From Dipteris shenzhenensis (lineage: Eukaryota), in NCBI GenBank assembly GCA_047967505.1, contig CM106538.1: 64,000 bases of DNA. One strand, given 5' to 3'. How positions within the stretch are numbered: the first letter of the stretch is position 1; the number at the start of each line of letters is the position of its first letter. The translations under genes were made by a program, and so were the position numbers. Shown one piece after another: positions 24,236-37,879 of the stretch. The notes below the pieces were generated by a model. The model saw only the letters and a list, made by a program, of their open reading frames with translations, had not been told where the DNA came from and searched no databases.

Positions 24236-27200
24236 TGTGACAAAATATGAAGAGGGAAGAGGAGAAGAGTGGAGATGAGGAGAGAGGACACATCTAAAGA
24301 GCACACCGCAAATGACTAACTATACACTAGATTTAGTTGAAAATGTAGAATATATACAAACCCATTTAGGGTTAGGGTTAGGGCATCTAACCCTTTCCTT
24401 TATAGCACTCTATTGGGTTAGTGGTATGCACATATGATCACATGACGTTGATCGTGGTCTCTCAACACCTTCCCTCAAGATCAACATCATGAAGCAGGCC
24501 TTCCCTCAAGATGGTGATTCTGGGGAATCGAAGAAGGACTGAGCAGTACATTCCATCACACCCCTTTAATGGGAATATCCTTCCTTTGCATCAAACTAAG
24601 AGCTAGTCGGTGTTTCTCGAAAAGCTCTTTACCGAGTGGTTTGGTAAAGATGTATGCAACATTCTCTTTGCTATCACAGTGCTCCAGTGTGATGTCACCA
24701 AGTAACACTCTTTCTCTGATGAAGTGCTCTCTGACATCAATGTGCTTTGTCTTGGAGTGATATACTAGATTCTTGGCCAATGCTTGAGCTGATTGATTAT
24801 CATAGTATATTGTAGTTGGCTTTGACTCATCAAAGTAATCTATTTCTGTGAATAGTCTTCTGAGCCATATAGCCTCACATGCACCTGTATTGAGTGCTCT
24901 ATATTCTGCTTTAGTCAAAGACAAAGAGACAGTTGGATGTTTGTTTGACAACCCTGATATAGCACCTTGACCAAAGAAAAATGCATATCCATGTGTCGAT
25001 CTCTTGGTCTCATGATCTCCAGCATAGTCACTATCACAGTATCCCATGCAACTGTGGATGACTTCCTCTGTATTCTATCCCAAACTGTCTTGTCCCTCTG
25101 ATGTATCTCAAGACTCTTTTGGTTGCATTCTAGTGACCTTTCATTTGATGGGATCATACAACTTGTATGCTTTGCTTTCTTCACTGTAACCAACCATGAT
25201 GCATTTGTGTGACTTGGCATCCAATTTTCTACGATTGTATGTGGCCATATGCCATGCAACCAAATATGCAGAGATGCCCAATGTGTGGCTTATGTCTAGT
25301 GAATGCTTCATGAGGTGTCATGCCTTGAATCAGTTCAGTAGGAAGCCGATTAAGCAAGTAGTTTGCAATGGCTATTGCCTCTACCCAATACTAATTAGGA
25401 AGATGCTTCTCACTAAGCATTGTCTAGCACTGTTTGCTAAAGTACCATTCTTCCTTTCAGCTCTTGCATTCTATTGAGAAGTATCTACACAAGTGAATTG
25501 TCTTTGAATGCCGTGATTTCTGCAAAAGTTCATGGATGTTGAAGACATGTATTCACCTCCTCTATCTAATCTCATGACTTTGATCTTTCTGCCTGTCTGG
25601 TTTTCTACCATGGCTTTGAATTCTTGAAATCTGGAAAAGACTTTAGATTTCTCTTTGAAAAAATAGACCCAACAATATCTGCTGTAGTCGTCGATGAAAG
25701 TCAAGTAGTAAAGTGAACCATTGATGCTACGGGTCTGGGCATAACCCCATACATCTATATGTATCAAATACCTCGTGCTTGAGAGGTGCTTCTGCCAAAT
25801 TTGGTTCTCTTTTGTTTGCTGAAGCAGCATGCTTCGCAAACTTTTCCAAGAAATTGTAGCTTAGGAATCCCAATTGCCATATTTTGATTCCTAAGATCTA
25901 GCAAGCTCTTGAAATTGACATGACCATATCTCTTATGCCATTTTGTGAATAATGGCATCTATTGCAGTTGAGCTGACATGGCATGCTTCTTTGATACTAT
26001 AGCTAGCATTCTGTACAAGCATCCTTCCTTGACACCTTTTTCTACTATAGCTGACATCTTCTAGATTTGTCTCTGATAGTGCATTTATCTCTGTCGAAGA
26101 TGACTCAGTAGTTGTGTTTTGTCATTTGACCTACTGACAAGAGGTTCTTGCTGAGCTTAGGAACAAAGGTTATATCTTTCACCAGTCCTTTTGTACTAGT
26201 AAATTTATTCATAGGGATAACACCTGTCCCTTGAACTGGATTTGGTAAATTATTTATTGTGTAGATGACATTTTTTGAACTTCTAATGGTTTCATCTCTG
26301 TGAACCTTTCCTGATGATTTGTCATGTGAGATGATGCACCATTGTTGATGTACCAAGGATCCTATTTTGCTTGGTCGACTTGATAGCTAAAATCCTTTTT
26401 TGGATTGCAATCCATGTCTAGGTACACTGTATTAGTTTGCTGCATTTCCTCATTTGCAAGAAACATATTCCCATGTTCATTTGCAAAATGACTATGACTA
26501 GAATGTCCACCATGATGATTTCCTCTACCGTGGAAGTTCCCTTGATTACTGTGCTAGATTGACCACCTTAATCATATTAATTCGTGCAGCAATGATAGTA
26601 ATTGCACTGAATGTTTGACATGTTGGTTGATGCATTCCCTCGTTCTTGAAATCTTCCTCGATTGGAATGATTTTCTCTTTGTTGATTTTGATGTTACTGA
26701 GGATGATGCTGATGCTGATGCTGACTTTGTTGATGATGACCACTTTTTTGGAATGATCTACCTCTGCCTCTACCTCTGCTTCTATCTGAAGCTATGAATG
26801 CCTGATCATTTTTTGTGTGCATGAATGGCTTGCATCCTGAGTTCTTCACCAAGTAGGATTGACTGGAGCTCTTCCAGTGTCGGAATTCACCATTGAATGG
26901 AAATACTCTGGACTAGATTCTCGTATCCCTCTCCTAGACCATTCAGGATTACTTGAACCATTCTTACTGGATTCATGGTCTCTCCTACTACTGCGAGTTG
27001 ATTATTGTAGTCAAGTCCTTGATCCGGAGTACATAAGCATGACCAGTTTTGCTACTGTTGCAGAAACTCTGGTTGATTTGGTTTCTCAGTGTGAGAATCC
27101 TAAAAGTGTTCTTTGACTCATAAAGAGCTACGAACATATCACATGCTTCTTTCGATGTCTTGACTATGTTGAGCATGACATCTTGCACATTCTACTTGAT

Positions 27201-27498
27201 CAGATGATATGTGTACTTATCTTTCTTATCCCATTCTGCTTGAGCTCGGGCAATGGCAGGATCTGCTACAGGAGCGAAAACTATTTGTGTAGTTGGAGAT
27301 CCCGTATAGATCCCATTGTTGGTGCTATGACAATAGGTGGAGTAGAGCTACTGATGGCTAGATGGTCCAATGGTCTAGGTGTAGATCCATCACCATACTC
27401 CCATTTGTCCTGAAGTACAAGAATGGCCTCCATTCGGTATTCCATGTGCCGTAATTGGAGTTGTCTAGCTTAGCAGATTCCTCCAAATTGAGGTTGCT
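24236..27498 (-). mobile_element. Ty1/copia element lacking its 5' LTR and RT: gag-PR-INT, deleted RT, RNase H, PPT, 3' LTR 24236-24467
   Basis: KLDNSNYGTW (gag); WYINNGASSHMT (PR); LIHIDVWG..YLTFIDDYSRYCWVYF..LDRGGEY (INT); GYCDSDYAGD..TKHIDVREHFIRE (RH); PPT GAGGGAAGG then TGTTGAGA. The INT tail joins the RH linker at ~25135. Confidence 0.9.
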
Positions 27499-27957
27499 AG
27501 TTGTAGACATGGTGCAAGAAATGTACTCAAAGTGTCATGAAAATCAGTGTCTGAATGTGTAAATCCATATAGAAACAATGAGACACAAATGTAAATCTTT
27601 ATTCCAAGAGTGGTTACATATATAGGAAACTGCCTCCATGTAGGTAGATCCCAGATCCACAATCATCTCCTTGATTATCTCAATCAATCACCTCCTATGA
27701 TCACTCACTCATCACACCAACCTGACACACCTAACTAGAACCTTCTAGCACACCTACACTCACACACTTCTTGCATAGGACTCCAAGCCCATAGGCACAC
27801 ACACACACATAAATTTGCCCCTTCATTCCCCCTCACAAATTGATGACCTCATCCCTCAGCAGTAGTACATGGGATGTTCCATGGCTTGCCCACTATCATG
27901 TGGCAACACTCATGGCCCCAATGTGTGACTCACTCATAGGATTCTTGGTTTACAACA
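27499..27957 (-). mobile_element. Solo LTR, distantly related to the 10110-10397 LTR
   Basis: Termini (A)GTTGTAGAC...GTTTACAACA; TATA-like CTATATAT on the minus strand; shares 'aatcatctcct...cactca..catc' with the 10.1-kb LTR; no TSD. Confidence 0.55.
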
Positions 27958-28087
27958 GGGATATGGATATTGTCAATGTATGTAAAGCCCAATGAGTCCA
28001 GTAAAGAAAAATCTAAAAAGACTAACAATCATTAAAGGATGGACTATCGATGGCAGAGAACCATTATTTACCTCACACACACTTAAC

Positions 28088-28907
28088 TCAGAAAACATAT
28101 GGATCCTTACCCTTGTCAGATTTGACTTGGGTGTTGTAAATAGTGAGAGCTTTGACATTCTCTTGTTTTTCTTCTTCTTCGGTTTTTGCTTCCTCAACAA
28201 GATTGGCTAAACATCTCTTCTTGGCATAACATTCCTTTCCAAAGTGTCTAGGTTTGCCACAAAAGTTACATGTCATTTTGCTCTTTCCCTTGAAGTTGCT
28301 TAAGTTGCTTTTGGCCAAATATGCCCCTTCTTTGTAATCACTTCTTTGTTTGATCTTTCTCTCCTCCTCCAAGAGTGATGCTTCAATTTCTACTAGACTC
28401 ATCTCTGGAATATTGGTGAGTGTGGTTACAATAGTGCCATATTCTTCATTGAGACTTCTAAGTAAGATGGCAGTTACAATATCTTCATCAAGATTAAACT
28501 TGATGCCAAATAATTGTGTCAAAATGCTCTTCATTGAATTTAGATGTGAAGAGATGGACTCACCCCTATCCAATTGTAAGTCAAAGAACTTGATAAGCAA
28601 GCTATACTTAGAGCATCTTCCCTGTGCTCCAAACACATGCTCAAGATGAGTGAGTCCATGTAGCATGAGCAGTCTCACATCTATCAATGTGATGAATAAA
28701 GGAATCACTCAGACCAAGAGCAATTATAGCAAGAGCTTTTTCATCTTTTGGAAATCATGAAGCTTCTCCTTCTCTAGTTGTAGGTTTAGTTTCTTTGCCA
28801 TTTGCTACCTTCCATATTCCCTTTTTCATGAGAATAAACTTTAGTTTTGTTTGCCAAGTGTGGAACCCCTCTCCTTCAAACTTATCTATTTTCAGTTTGG
28901 AAGCCAT
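28088..28907 (-). pseudogene. gag: Copia-type Gag (one CCHC knuckle) ending without a protease; related to the 17-18 kb gag
   Basis: MASKLKIDKFEGEGFHTWQTKLKFILMKKGIW..KALAIIALGL..ILLRSL..LLEEE..CNFCGKPRHFGKEC..DPYVF*. Confidence 0.85.
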
Positions 28908-29859
28908 TTAGGAAGGTCTTACCAAATTAATGGCAGTGTCTAATTCCTTTACAAAAGGTCAATCTTTTTGAACAAAAAAATCACCTTCACCATATAGATG
29001 CAAATTGCAAGATAAGAATTCTAAAAAACCTAATTGTTTGGCATATTCATAACCAGTTGGCTTCTCCCACAACCTCTTAACTGGGTTCTTCTTTACATTG
29101 TACTTTGTCTTTGTAGTCTTCTTGGCACTTGAAGAAGAAGATTGAGAGTTTGGCATTTTGTCAAGAAATCAACATCAACTGAACTTCAAAGAGCATTCTC
29201 TTATTTGAACGTGTCAGTACGCCACAATATGGTTATGTTTGTTAATTGGAAAGAGTTTGCATTATGCACATGGAAATTTGCAACTATTAATAACCACATG
29301 TGTGCACGAGGAAGAGTAGGCATGCTTCCTCTCTTATTTGAATTCTAACTCCTCAAGCATCAACTTAGCATTTAGTGTAGCATCTATTTTCCACCAAAAA
29401 AAAAGTGCTTGTGGAAACAGAGTAACCTTGGAGGATTACCACCTCACACCACAAGGCATCAACTAGAGGGCATTTGCTGTGCAATTAATGATCCTTGGGA
29501 GTAGAAGACTCAATGCAAGTCTTAGACCAAAAAGAGCTTCACACCTCCAAGGGCAGCATCATCTTCTCCACCTCCAAAAACATGTCTCCTTGAAAAACCC
29601 AATTGGTTCTTCTATAGTTTCTCCTCATTCCTTGGTCCATTTGCTCTTAAAATTCACCAACACATAGCCCATAGGGTCGCCTAAGTGCATCTCAGACCGT
29701 TTTTAAAATGGTGGCTCCAACAAGCTGTATCATCAGAAATGGTGTGGGAAAGGGCGAGTGTAAGCATGGGCTGTAGAGGCCATAATCTTTCAATTCCTCT
29801 CAGGTGGAAGGGTGCCCTAACTAGGGGAATGCGCTCAGACCAGATGGGAACAATACTAA

Positions 29860-30480
29860 GCAATAGCATCAATATCATATATGTTGATTCATGTGCAAAG
29901 TATCATGCCGTTAGGATATGCTTTGGATGGTCAAAGTCACCACACCCCGCTTTTCACCGTGTTATGCACAAAAAGTATCTGAGTTGTGTTATTCAAATGT
30001 GCACATACCTAATGGGCATGATACTATGCACACACATGAATCCCACATATATTGAGGTGTGTGCAAATTATCATGCCCATTGGATATGCTTTGGATGGTC
30101 GACGTCGCTAAAAACCCTATTTTTCACTAAGATGTACAACTAGTAAAAAATAGTATCTCAAGTGTGTTATTCAAACATGCTCATACCTGATGGACACAAT
30201 ACTTTTCATGCAAATCAATACAACCTATGTTGACGTGCGTGAAAAGTATCATTCCCATCGGATATTCTTTAAATGGTTAAAGTCACCACATACCCCATTT
30301 TTCAACAACCGGCAAAAAATAGTATTTGAAGTGTGTTATTCAAATGTGCTAATACCTGATGGGCATGATAACTTGCACATGCATCAATCCCACCTATTAT
30401 GAGATGCATTCAAAGTATCATGCTCATTGGATATGCTATGGATGGTGGAATTCACTATAAACCCTCTTTTCAACAAGTAT
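29860..30480. repeat. Degenerate ~170-180-bp tandem repeat, about 4 units
   Basis: 'a(a)gtatcat..c..t.ggatat.ct.t..atggt' recurs at ~29897, ~30066, ~30243 and ~30412, with 'tgtgttattcaaa.gtgc..atacct.atgg' three times. Confidence 0.8.
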
Positions 30481-32449
30481 GATGTTTTTTTAGATTTGGT
30501 AAAAGAAACTATAGTTATAATAAAAGTTGAATTAATTGTAGTTGTAAAAAGATTGAAAAAAAGAGGCTTTAAATTAATAAAAGTTTTAAAGAAAATATTT
30601 TGTAAAAAAACAAATTATATTAGTATTAAAGAAAAAGATGGTGATTAATATTTGATGGGAGCACTAAGGCTTAAGTTATTTAAGATTATATTAATCTTTT
30701 AAAAAATTGGTGATTTTTGAGGGGAGCATTAAGGGGGAGGACTATTTAATATAAGAGAAATAATTCATGCGACTGTGGAGGGTTTATTGACTAATTTATG
30801 GGATGGCAGGAAGATATTGAAAAGATGGGATGAAAGAAAAGAGTTGAGAGAGAGTTGAGAAGGATCGAAAATTAGGCTTGATTAACTAATTCATGGGACA
30901 GTGGGAAGGTAATGAAGAGATGGGATGAAATAAAAGAGTTGAGGGAGAATTGAGAAGGAGAAAAAACTCAAGAAGAGAGTTGAAAGAGTTGAGGAAAAAT
31001 TTTAAAAATGGAAGAGAAACCCTAAACCTAGATCTTATATAAGGGACTTCTTCTCTCACATTCTCACTCATTCCAACTAAAAGAGAAGAGGAATAAAGAG
31101 AGAGAGATCACATCAAGAAGAGAGAACTCACTCGAGTCAACTAAAGTGAGTCCCTCTCTCCTCCCCTCTCCCAATGGAGATTCTTCCCTCCCCTCTCTCC
31201 TCCCTCCCTCTCCTCCCCTCTTCCCAAACACTACCTGCAGGACTCCCATGGGAGGACTGGGATCCCCTCCCTCCTCCCATTGCCGCACAAGGGAGGGGAG
31301 CTCCACCCCTTCGCCATGGCTACGGGTAGGGAGGGGGAAAGGGGAGGCGAGGGGTGCCCCACCCGACCTATGCATGGCCACGACCGCAAGAAGGCAGGGA
31401 GAGGGGAGAGGTGTCCTTTCCCATCTGTTCCCCACCCCGCCTACGGGCATGTGCGGCTACGTGCAAGCAAGCACATGGAGATGGGAGGCCCTCTCCCCTC
31501 TCTTCCAAGTCTCATGCATGCTAGGAGGGGGGAGGGGACGTTTTTCCCACCCCTCCCACTCCACATACGAGGGGGGGTTCTCCCCTCCCCCTCATTATGT
31601 ATCGCTTGGTTGCAGCCTCACGACAAGCCAGGAGGGGAGAGGTGAGGGGACCTTCTCCCCTCTCATGCATGCATCCACGGCCATGCACATGCCAGTAGGA
31701 GGGAGGGGATGTTTTCCCAATCCCTCCCATTTCAACTATGAGGGGGGGTTCTCCCCTCCCTCTCCTTGCATGTCATGCAGCCACCCACGGTCGTGTGATA
31801 AGCCAAAAGGGGAGGTGTGACTTTCCCCTCCTCCTCCTGACGACACCCCGTCGTGTCGAGAGGATGTGACCATGGATGCAGAACAGGGTGGGGTGGGATG
31901 GGGGTGAAATGGGCCTTGTGGTGGCAAGTTACCCTTAGGCCTGAGATTCCTTCCTTCCAAGAGAGAGACTTTAGACAAAATGATAAAAAATATTTTTTTG
32001 ATATATTTAGAAATAAAACTTAATTTTGTAAATATATAAATAATATTGAGTGATTTTTTTTTAAATATTATTATTATGTATTTAATTTTTTACTTAAAAA
32101 CATTTATTGTTTTTGTAATTTAAATTTGGTTAATTTCAAGTCAAAGCTAGCACTTAGGGTAGTCCTTGGTCCCTATGTTCACAAGGCATGGAAGCTAGAT
32201 GGGACCACTTCAAGTGTTTATGTCTTTGGGCTCTCTCAAAAGAGGGAGATTGTAGGGAGATTATTTTTGTGAATTTTTGTTAATGTCTTTAGAGGGATTT
32301 AGATGTAGAGATGTAGGAGATTCTTTCAATGAATTCTTGTTAATGTCTTTAGAGGGATTTAGATGTAGAGATGTTGGAGATTTTTTTCCTTAGTATTATA
32401 AAAATAAAAAATTCACAATTTGTAATACATTGTTTATCTAAAATTTTTA

Positions 32450-33470
32450 ATGTATTTTCATGCAGTTTTCAAGTCGTGGAGAAGTTTATTGACAATGACA
32501 TTAGAGAATGTCTCTAATGTGACTTTGGATTACGAAGGAAGAATAGCTAAACCAAATTCTTTTGGAAAATATATGGGACATCACATGGATAGGAGAGTTT
32601 GGTTTTTGCTTGTACAGAAAGACAAACTATTATGTGTGGTGTCTAGGAAAGATTTTGAAGAAAATGAGGAGCCGTGGGGTGCAACATTTGCAAAGAAAGA
32701 TATGATTTATGCCTATGTAGTAGGACTTATAGTTGAGAAGGAATATTTTGTGCACATCTTTACAAAATCAAGGGATGCAAAGGTTGGTGGTGAACGTTTC
32801 GTACTATCAATGAAAGATGCTAAACACTTTGTCATGCCACCTCCTAGACCATTGTAGTTTCCAGATCTTCAAAATGCATTGGAGGCTCTCACAAACATTT
32901 GCAAACAATATCTAGAGGTAGATTCAACTACAATGCATACAAAAATCATGCTTGAGTACTTCAAGGAAGCACAAAATGCAACTGGAGTTGATGCACCTCC
33001 AAAGGAGACCACCCATGCAAAAGATGATGCCACTCAAGAAAATGAAGAGCCAAAAGTCTTACCTGCACATCGATTAAGGAGGATAGAATACCACAAAAGA
33101 AGGTCCAATGCGGTTATGGTGCAACCCCTTAAAAATAAACCACGTCATCGAATGTAGAGGGCCAATACTTCTAGAGTGGTTGTATGAGCTACAAGCACTC
33201 TAGTCATAAGTAATCAGAAAAGGCATCACTCATTAGTGTTAAAAGCACAAAGAGAAATGTAAGAAAAAGAAGAGGACATGCATAATAAGAAAAATGAAGT
33301 GACATTGAAAAAGGCTCTAAATCTTTGTCTTAATGAGGTAGTTACTCAAGATGATCCCATATAGATTTGGGATCACTTACTCTATCCTGTGAATGCAAAA
33401 TCAATGGGGACGGCTAGACTTTATACAAATAGCAGGATACTTGATAAATCCTTCGCAATGAAAATTTTCA
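32450..33470 (+). pseudogene. Interrupted ~340-codon reading frame of unknown, probably TE-associated, function
   Basis: ORFs 32450-32857 and 32879-33157 are in the same frame and continue with only scattered stops; a splice-acceptor-like 'ttttcatgcag' ends at 32464; no recognisable domain. Confidence 0.4.
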
Positions 33471-33514
33471 ATACACTGATAAATGGAAGGACACCAGTAA
33501 CAATAAATGTAGTT

Positions 33515-33915
33515 CTCTGAGGTATCTATCATTGCATGAATAGTCCAACATAGGATTCCAATTATTATTCTCTAATTTGTTCCATATATTAGAAAAGTCT
33601 GTATCCTCTTGATAGGAATTCTTCATACCTTCGAAAGGCTGGGACTCTATAGCAGTGATGTGACTTATACTTGGCTTTCTGCTAAGAGCATCAGCAACTA
33701 CATTTATTTTTCCAGGTTGATACTGAATCATGGGCTAAAACCTTTGTATAAATGATGCCCACTTGATGTGCCTATCAAATATTAGTGGCTGAGTCAACAA
33801 ATGCTTGATACTTTACTGATCAGTTTTGATAAGAAACTCAACTCCCATCAAATAATGTTTCCACATTTGTAAGGTGTGCACAACAGTGGCGGTTAATTCT
33901 TTATCATATAACTCT
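33515..33915 (-). pseudogene. pol: Ty3/gypsy RNase H C-terminal fragment
   Basis: YDKEL..VVHTLQMWKHYLMG.EFLIKTD..WASFIQ..IQYQPGKINVVADALSR. Confidence 0.85.
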
Positions 33916-36079
33916 CTTTATACCCCATAGAATGGCCATGGATAAAGCTATTACTTTGAATAGTCCTAGAGTTTTCCAAGAAGTCTTCACCAAATTTCTT
34001 GGAACAAGAATTTCAGGTGCAGGTGTTGGTACATCCAGTGGGGGAATTTTTTCGTGAGCTTTTTATTGCAAGCTTTTTTGAGAAACCGGCAAGCCTTTTT
34101 AGATCCCCAATCACACCACTTTTAACCCAACACACACACATACACACACAATATGACTCTTTTCAGATGTGGACAAAAATCTACCATTTCCAAAGAGACC
34201 AAGAATCCTGCATTACATGAAGGATATTCTCTGTGAACTTTTTTGGCTTCCTGGAAAGTGTGCAAACCTTTTCCACACATTTGCACTTAGGACTTTAGCC
34301 ATATCTAAGGATTGCATGAAGAGATTAAATTTATCTATATCAATGCTAGAGATGCCTTTATGTTGACATATCAATTTCTCCATATACACCACGGTCAGGA
34401 TATCAAGGGTTGCACATGAGATTCAAAATATTTATTTATAGCCTAAATCCCTTACCAAAACTCCAACATTTTGATATATATGCATAATTTGGCATTTTTT
34501 ACACTTGAAATGAGCTAAGAAGGCCCAAAAACCCTGAAAAATGACTGTAAACATGGGTATCTTTTGATGATTTTTCAAAACCCATGTTAACATCCACAGA
34601 GTACAGCCACCAAATGCAGGGTAATCAGTGACTAGAGGTGACCAGGCCGCATGATCTACTTCAACGAACAAGCTCAAGGAGTTTGATCCCCAAATACCCA
34701 AAGTTCAAGGATTCCAAGCATAGGTTGTATGTTCCATCTAACACCAAGACCAAAGATTGTAGGCAATGTGCACATTTCAGATCCACATCCATGAAAATGG
34801 CTATAGCAACAAAAATAGCCATGAAAGGAGTAGAACTCAAACTCGGGGAATTTGATCCCCAAATATCCCAAGGCAAAAGATTGCAGGCAATGTGCAGGGT
34901 TACCGTTGAGTGTCTTGCAAAAGTTAAGCCTCGCCACTCTAGGTTTTGAATCGTGTTCACAGGGTCAAAGCCCCAAATGGTTTAAGGCGTGAGGGCCCTC
35001 AGGGAGTTTGAGCCCCAAATCACCTAAGCCTAGGAGGCACGAGGCAAACACAAGCACTATTTGAGAACCAATTAGGACCACCTCCTAATACCAGGTTTGT
35101 CCTAGGCACTTTAATATGGTGAACACAAGTGGTATTTCCACTAGTAGGGAGAGATGAAAAGAATAGAAATATTCCTTGGCACCCTATGGGCCCAAGAGCC
35201 TTTGGTTGTAAAAGAAAAGGAGAGTGCTAAAAAGGAAAAGGGTTGGCCCTCCCTTCAAAAAGTGACTAGTATAAAAGGCCAAATTGTTGACTTTGGTCTT
35301 CATTGTTGTTTGAACAAGTTTGAATACAAGCTCCCTCTTCTCTTCCAAGAGAGTGTTTTGGGTCTCTTGTTTCCATTGTAGTACCCTTGTGTTTGCCACT
35401 CCATCCCCCTTCACTCTCCTCTTCCCTTCTCCTTCTCCCTCCCTTCTCCCCTCTCCTCTCCCCTCTCCCCCTTCCCTCTTTCTCGCATGGAAACACATTA
35501 CAACACGCTGGAGGCTGCTTGAGTGACATTTGCAGATGACTCGTGCCTTGCATTGCTCTCACAAGGAGTAGCTCAGAGTGGAGGCTCCATTGGCATATCT
35601 TCAACATCCTCATGACACTGAGTCACTGCCAAGATCCACCACATTTTTGGCACTATTGCCAAGGAGAAAAGGTATGCTTTTGCATTTGCACTTGTTTCCC
35701 TTCGATATCTACCCATTGCACAAGTCTTCAAGCCTAACTTGGAGCTTGTTAGTGGTGTTGTAGGAGAAAAGCAAGGGAGGAAGTGAGTGTGGATGGAAAA
35801 GTAGGAAAACTATTTTTCTTTCTTGTTGGAATGTCATTTGGGAGCATTGGAAGCTTGTTTTTTATGCTTTTTATTGTTTTAAGTTGATAGGAACATAGTG
35901 GGTGTGATTGTTGAGTGTGGGAGGTCCAATTCCATCAAAAAACAACCAAAATGTTGATTCTTGCCAAATCTTGAGGTTGTTTTGTGTTCTAGAACTCACC
36001 CTTCATGAAATTTTGCATTTTTGCTTCCAAAAAAAGTTTCTTCTTCAAGTTTTTTTCATTGTATAGGTGAACTAGGTAG

Positions 36080-36884
36080 TGTAGCACCCCCCTAGCATAA
36101 CAAATCCAGGACAGAAATGCAAATCCTACAAAAAATCCACAAAAATCAGTCAGCGACACTATGTTTTCCTATCCCACTGACTCGACACCATAGAGCTATC
36201 CCACCGACCAAATATTTCACTGCCCAATGCATTAGTCATATCCCGTAGGTCAAATCTAGTGCCATAGAGCTATCCCACTAGCCTAACTTCTAACCACATC
36301 CTAACCCATTGCCCCGATTAAATGCATGTCAGAGTTGCTATCCCGCTAACCTGATAGCTGTTGACCTAGCACTATAGAGCTATCCCACTGATCGTGCTAT
36401 TCTTCTATGCCATCACGATGCGGTGAACCACGCCCATGCTTGTGCTCATATTCGTATCCCTCTGCCTGTTGCATTATGTCGATCGTACTGCCTGTTACTA
36501 TTTCATTCCACTGATTGTCGCTCTGTCCCTTGCACTGATTGTCACATTATGCTTATTCTGCCGATCATCATTTCACTCCTATCATGTCGCTTGGTGCGAT
36601 TTTTGATCCCCACACTCGTCACGATAACTATACCGCCGCTCGGTGCTCCATTTGTATCCCATTGACTTGTGATCCTGCCGACTTGTGATCTTGCCAACTT
36701 GTGATCCTGTCGCACACTTGGCAAGATCTACCCTGCCGATCATCGCATTATGTCGATCTTGGTGCTCGTGTCATTCTACTCTGCCAAGGTCGCTATAGAG
36801 CTATCCCATCGACAGTCGCGATACCTTTGGGGTAGCCAAAGAATTAAAAAATTCTAGAACCTCAGTTCAACCTGGGGGTGCTCA
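36080..36884 (+). repeat. Putative 5' LTR of the gypsy element, with internal 'atagagctatccca' repeats
   Basis: Inverted termini TGTAGCACCCCC / GGGGGTGCT(-)CA; the repeat recurs at ~36190, 36264, 36374 and 36795; no canonical PBS recognised. Confidence 0.6.
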
Positions 36885-37879
36885 GCTGAAGGCCTCCCAC
36901 ATGTACTTGAGGTCTGGAAGAATTTTGCCAAAGGATTCTATGTCGCAAGAGAGTGCTTCAAGCTATGCTCAGCACACCCTCTGACCTAGCTAGGAATCTG
37001 GGAGCTCAATCCCTAGCCTCCACTCTAGTAGGCCCCCAGCCAGAGACTCTATCTAGTTCCGATGAAACAGAGAGTTTGGACGAAGTGATGCAAGACCCCT
37101 CGGGTCCAAGGGCATCGAAAGCTCCATTCACAAGTGTAGCCCCTCCCAACTCGCCTACACCTTTGGTTGCATCCAGGCTTAGAGGTACATTCTCCAACAT
37201 GTTCGATCGCTTAGGCCAAATAGGGTTGGCACACATGGAGAAGAGAACCCCTTCATCGGCATGTTTGCAAGGAGGGAGGGCCAACAACATCTAGTGCCAA
37301 ACCACAGACCAAGACGAAAACCACCTTCGCTGACCTAGGACCCTCTGCCTATGCCAAGCCTTCCCAGTGGGAAAACATGGATGATGAAGATCCATGGATG
37401 AGGGAATTTCGAAGGCAAGATCCAGCCGAAGGATCCAGCCGAAGGGTACTAAGAACTTCCAAGGCAGAGCGCCTTATGAACCTCCAATAGTCCAGGTGCC
37501 GCCAACCTTCGCCAACTATGGGACACCATAGTTCCTCCCTACTACCCATCGCATGGAACTAACATCCCCATGCCCTAGGACCCACCCCCTTTGGGAGTAC
37601 ATCCCTTCACATCCATACTAGTTGCACCAATGAATGTAGGCCTTAGCACATTCGTCCCAATGCCAGTACCATCAACCACGTGGATACCACCACCTAGGCC
37701 AACCTTAAGGCCAACCCTGCACCCCGTCAGGCCCACAGCGACACCACCTTTGCTAGCCACTCAAACGGTGTTAACTAATGAGGCAATGCATATCTCGGTG
37801 AACGCCCTAGGAAGGGAGGCCACACCACCTCCACCCACCCCAGTATTTTCCCATAGGGATTGTGAATCCCTCGAGGAGT

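Noticed and set aside
31064-31978. Several long overlapping Gly/Pro-rich ORFs
   Set aside because: GC-rich low-complexity DNA lacking stops on both strands; no domain recognised
36185-36815. Spaced short repeats superficially like a CRISPR array
   Set aside because: Irregular spacing, degenerate units, eukaryotic LTR context and no cas genes
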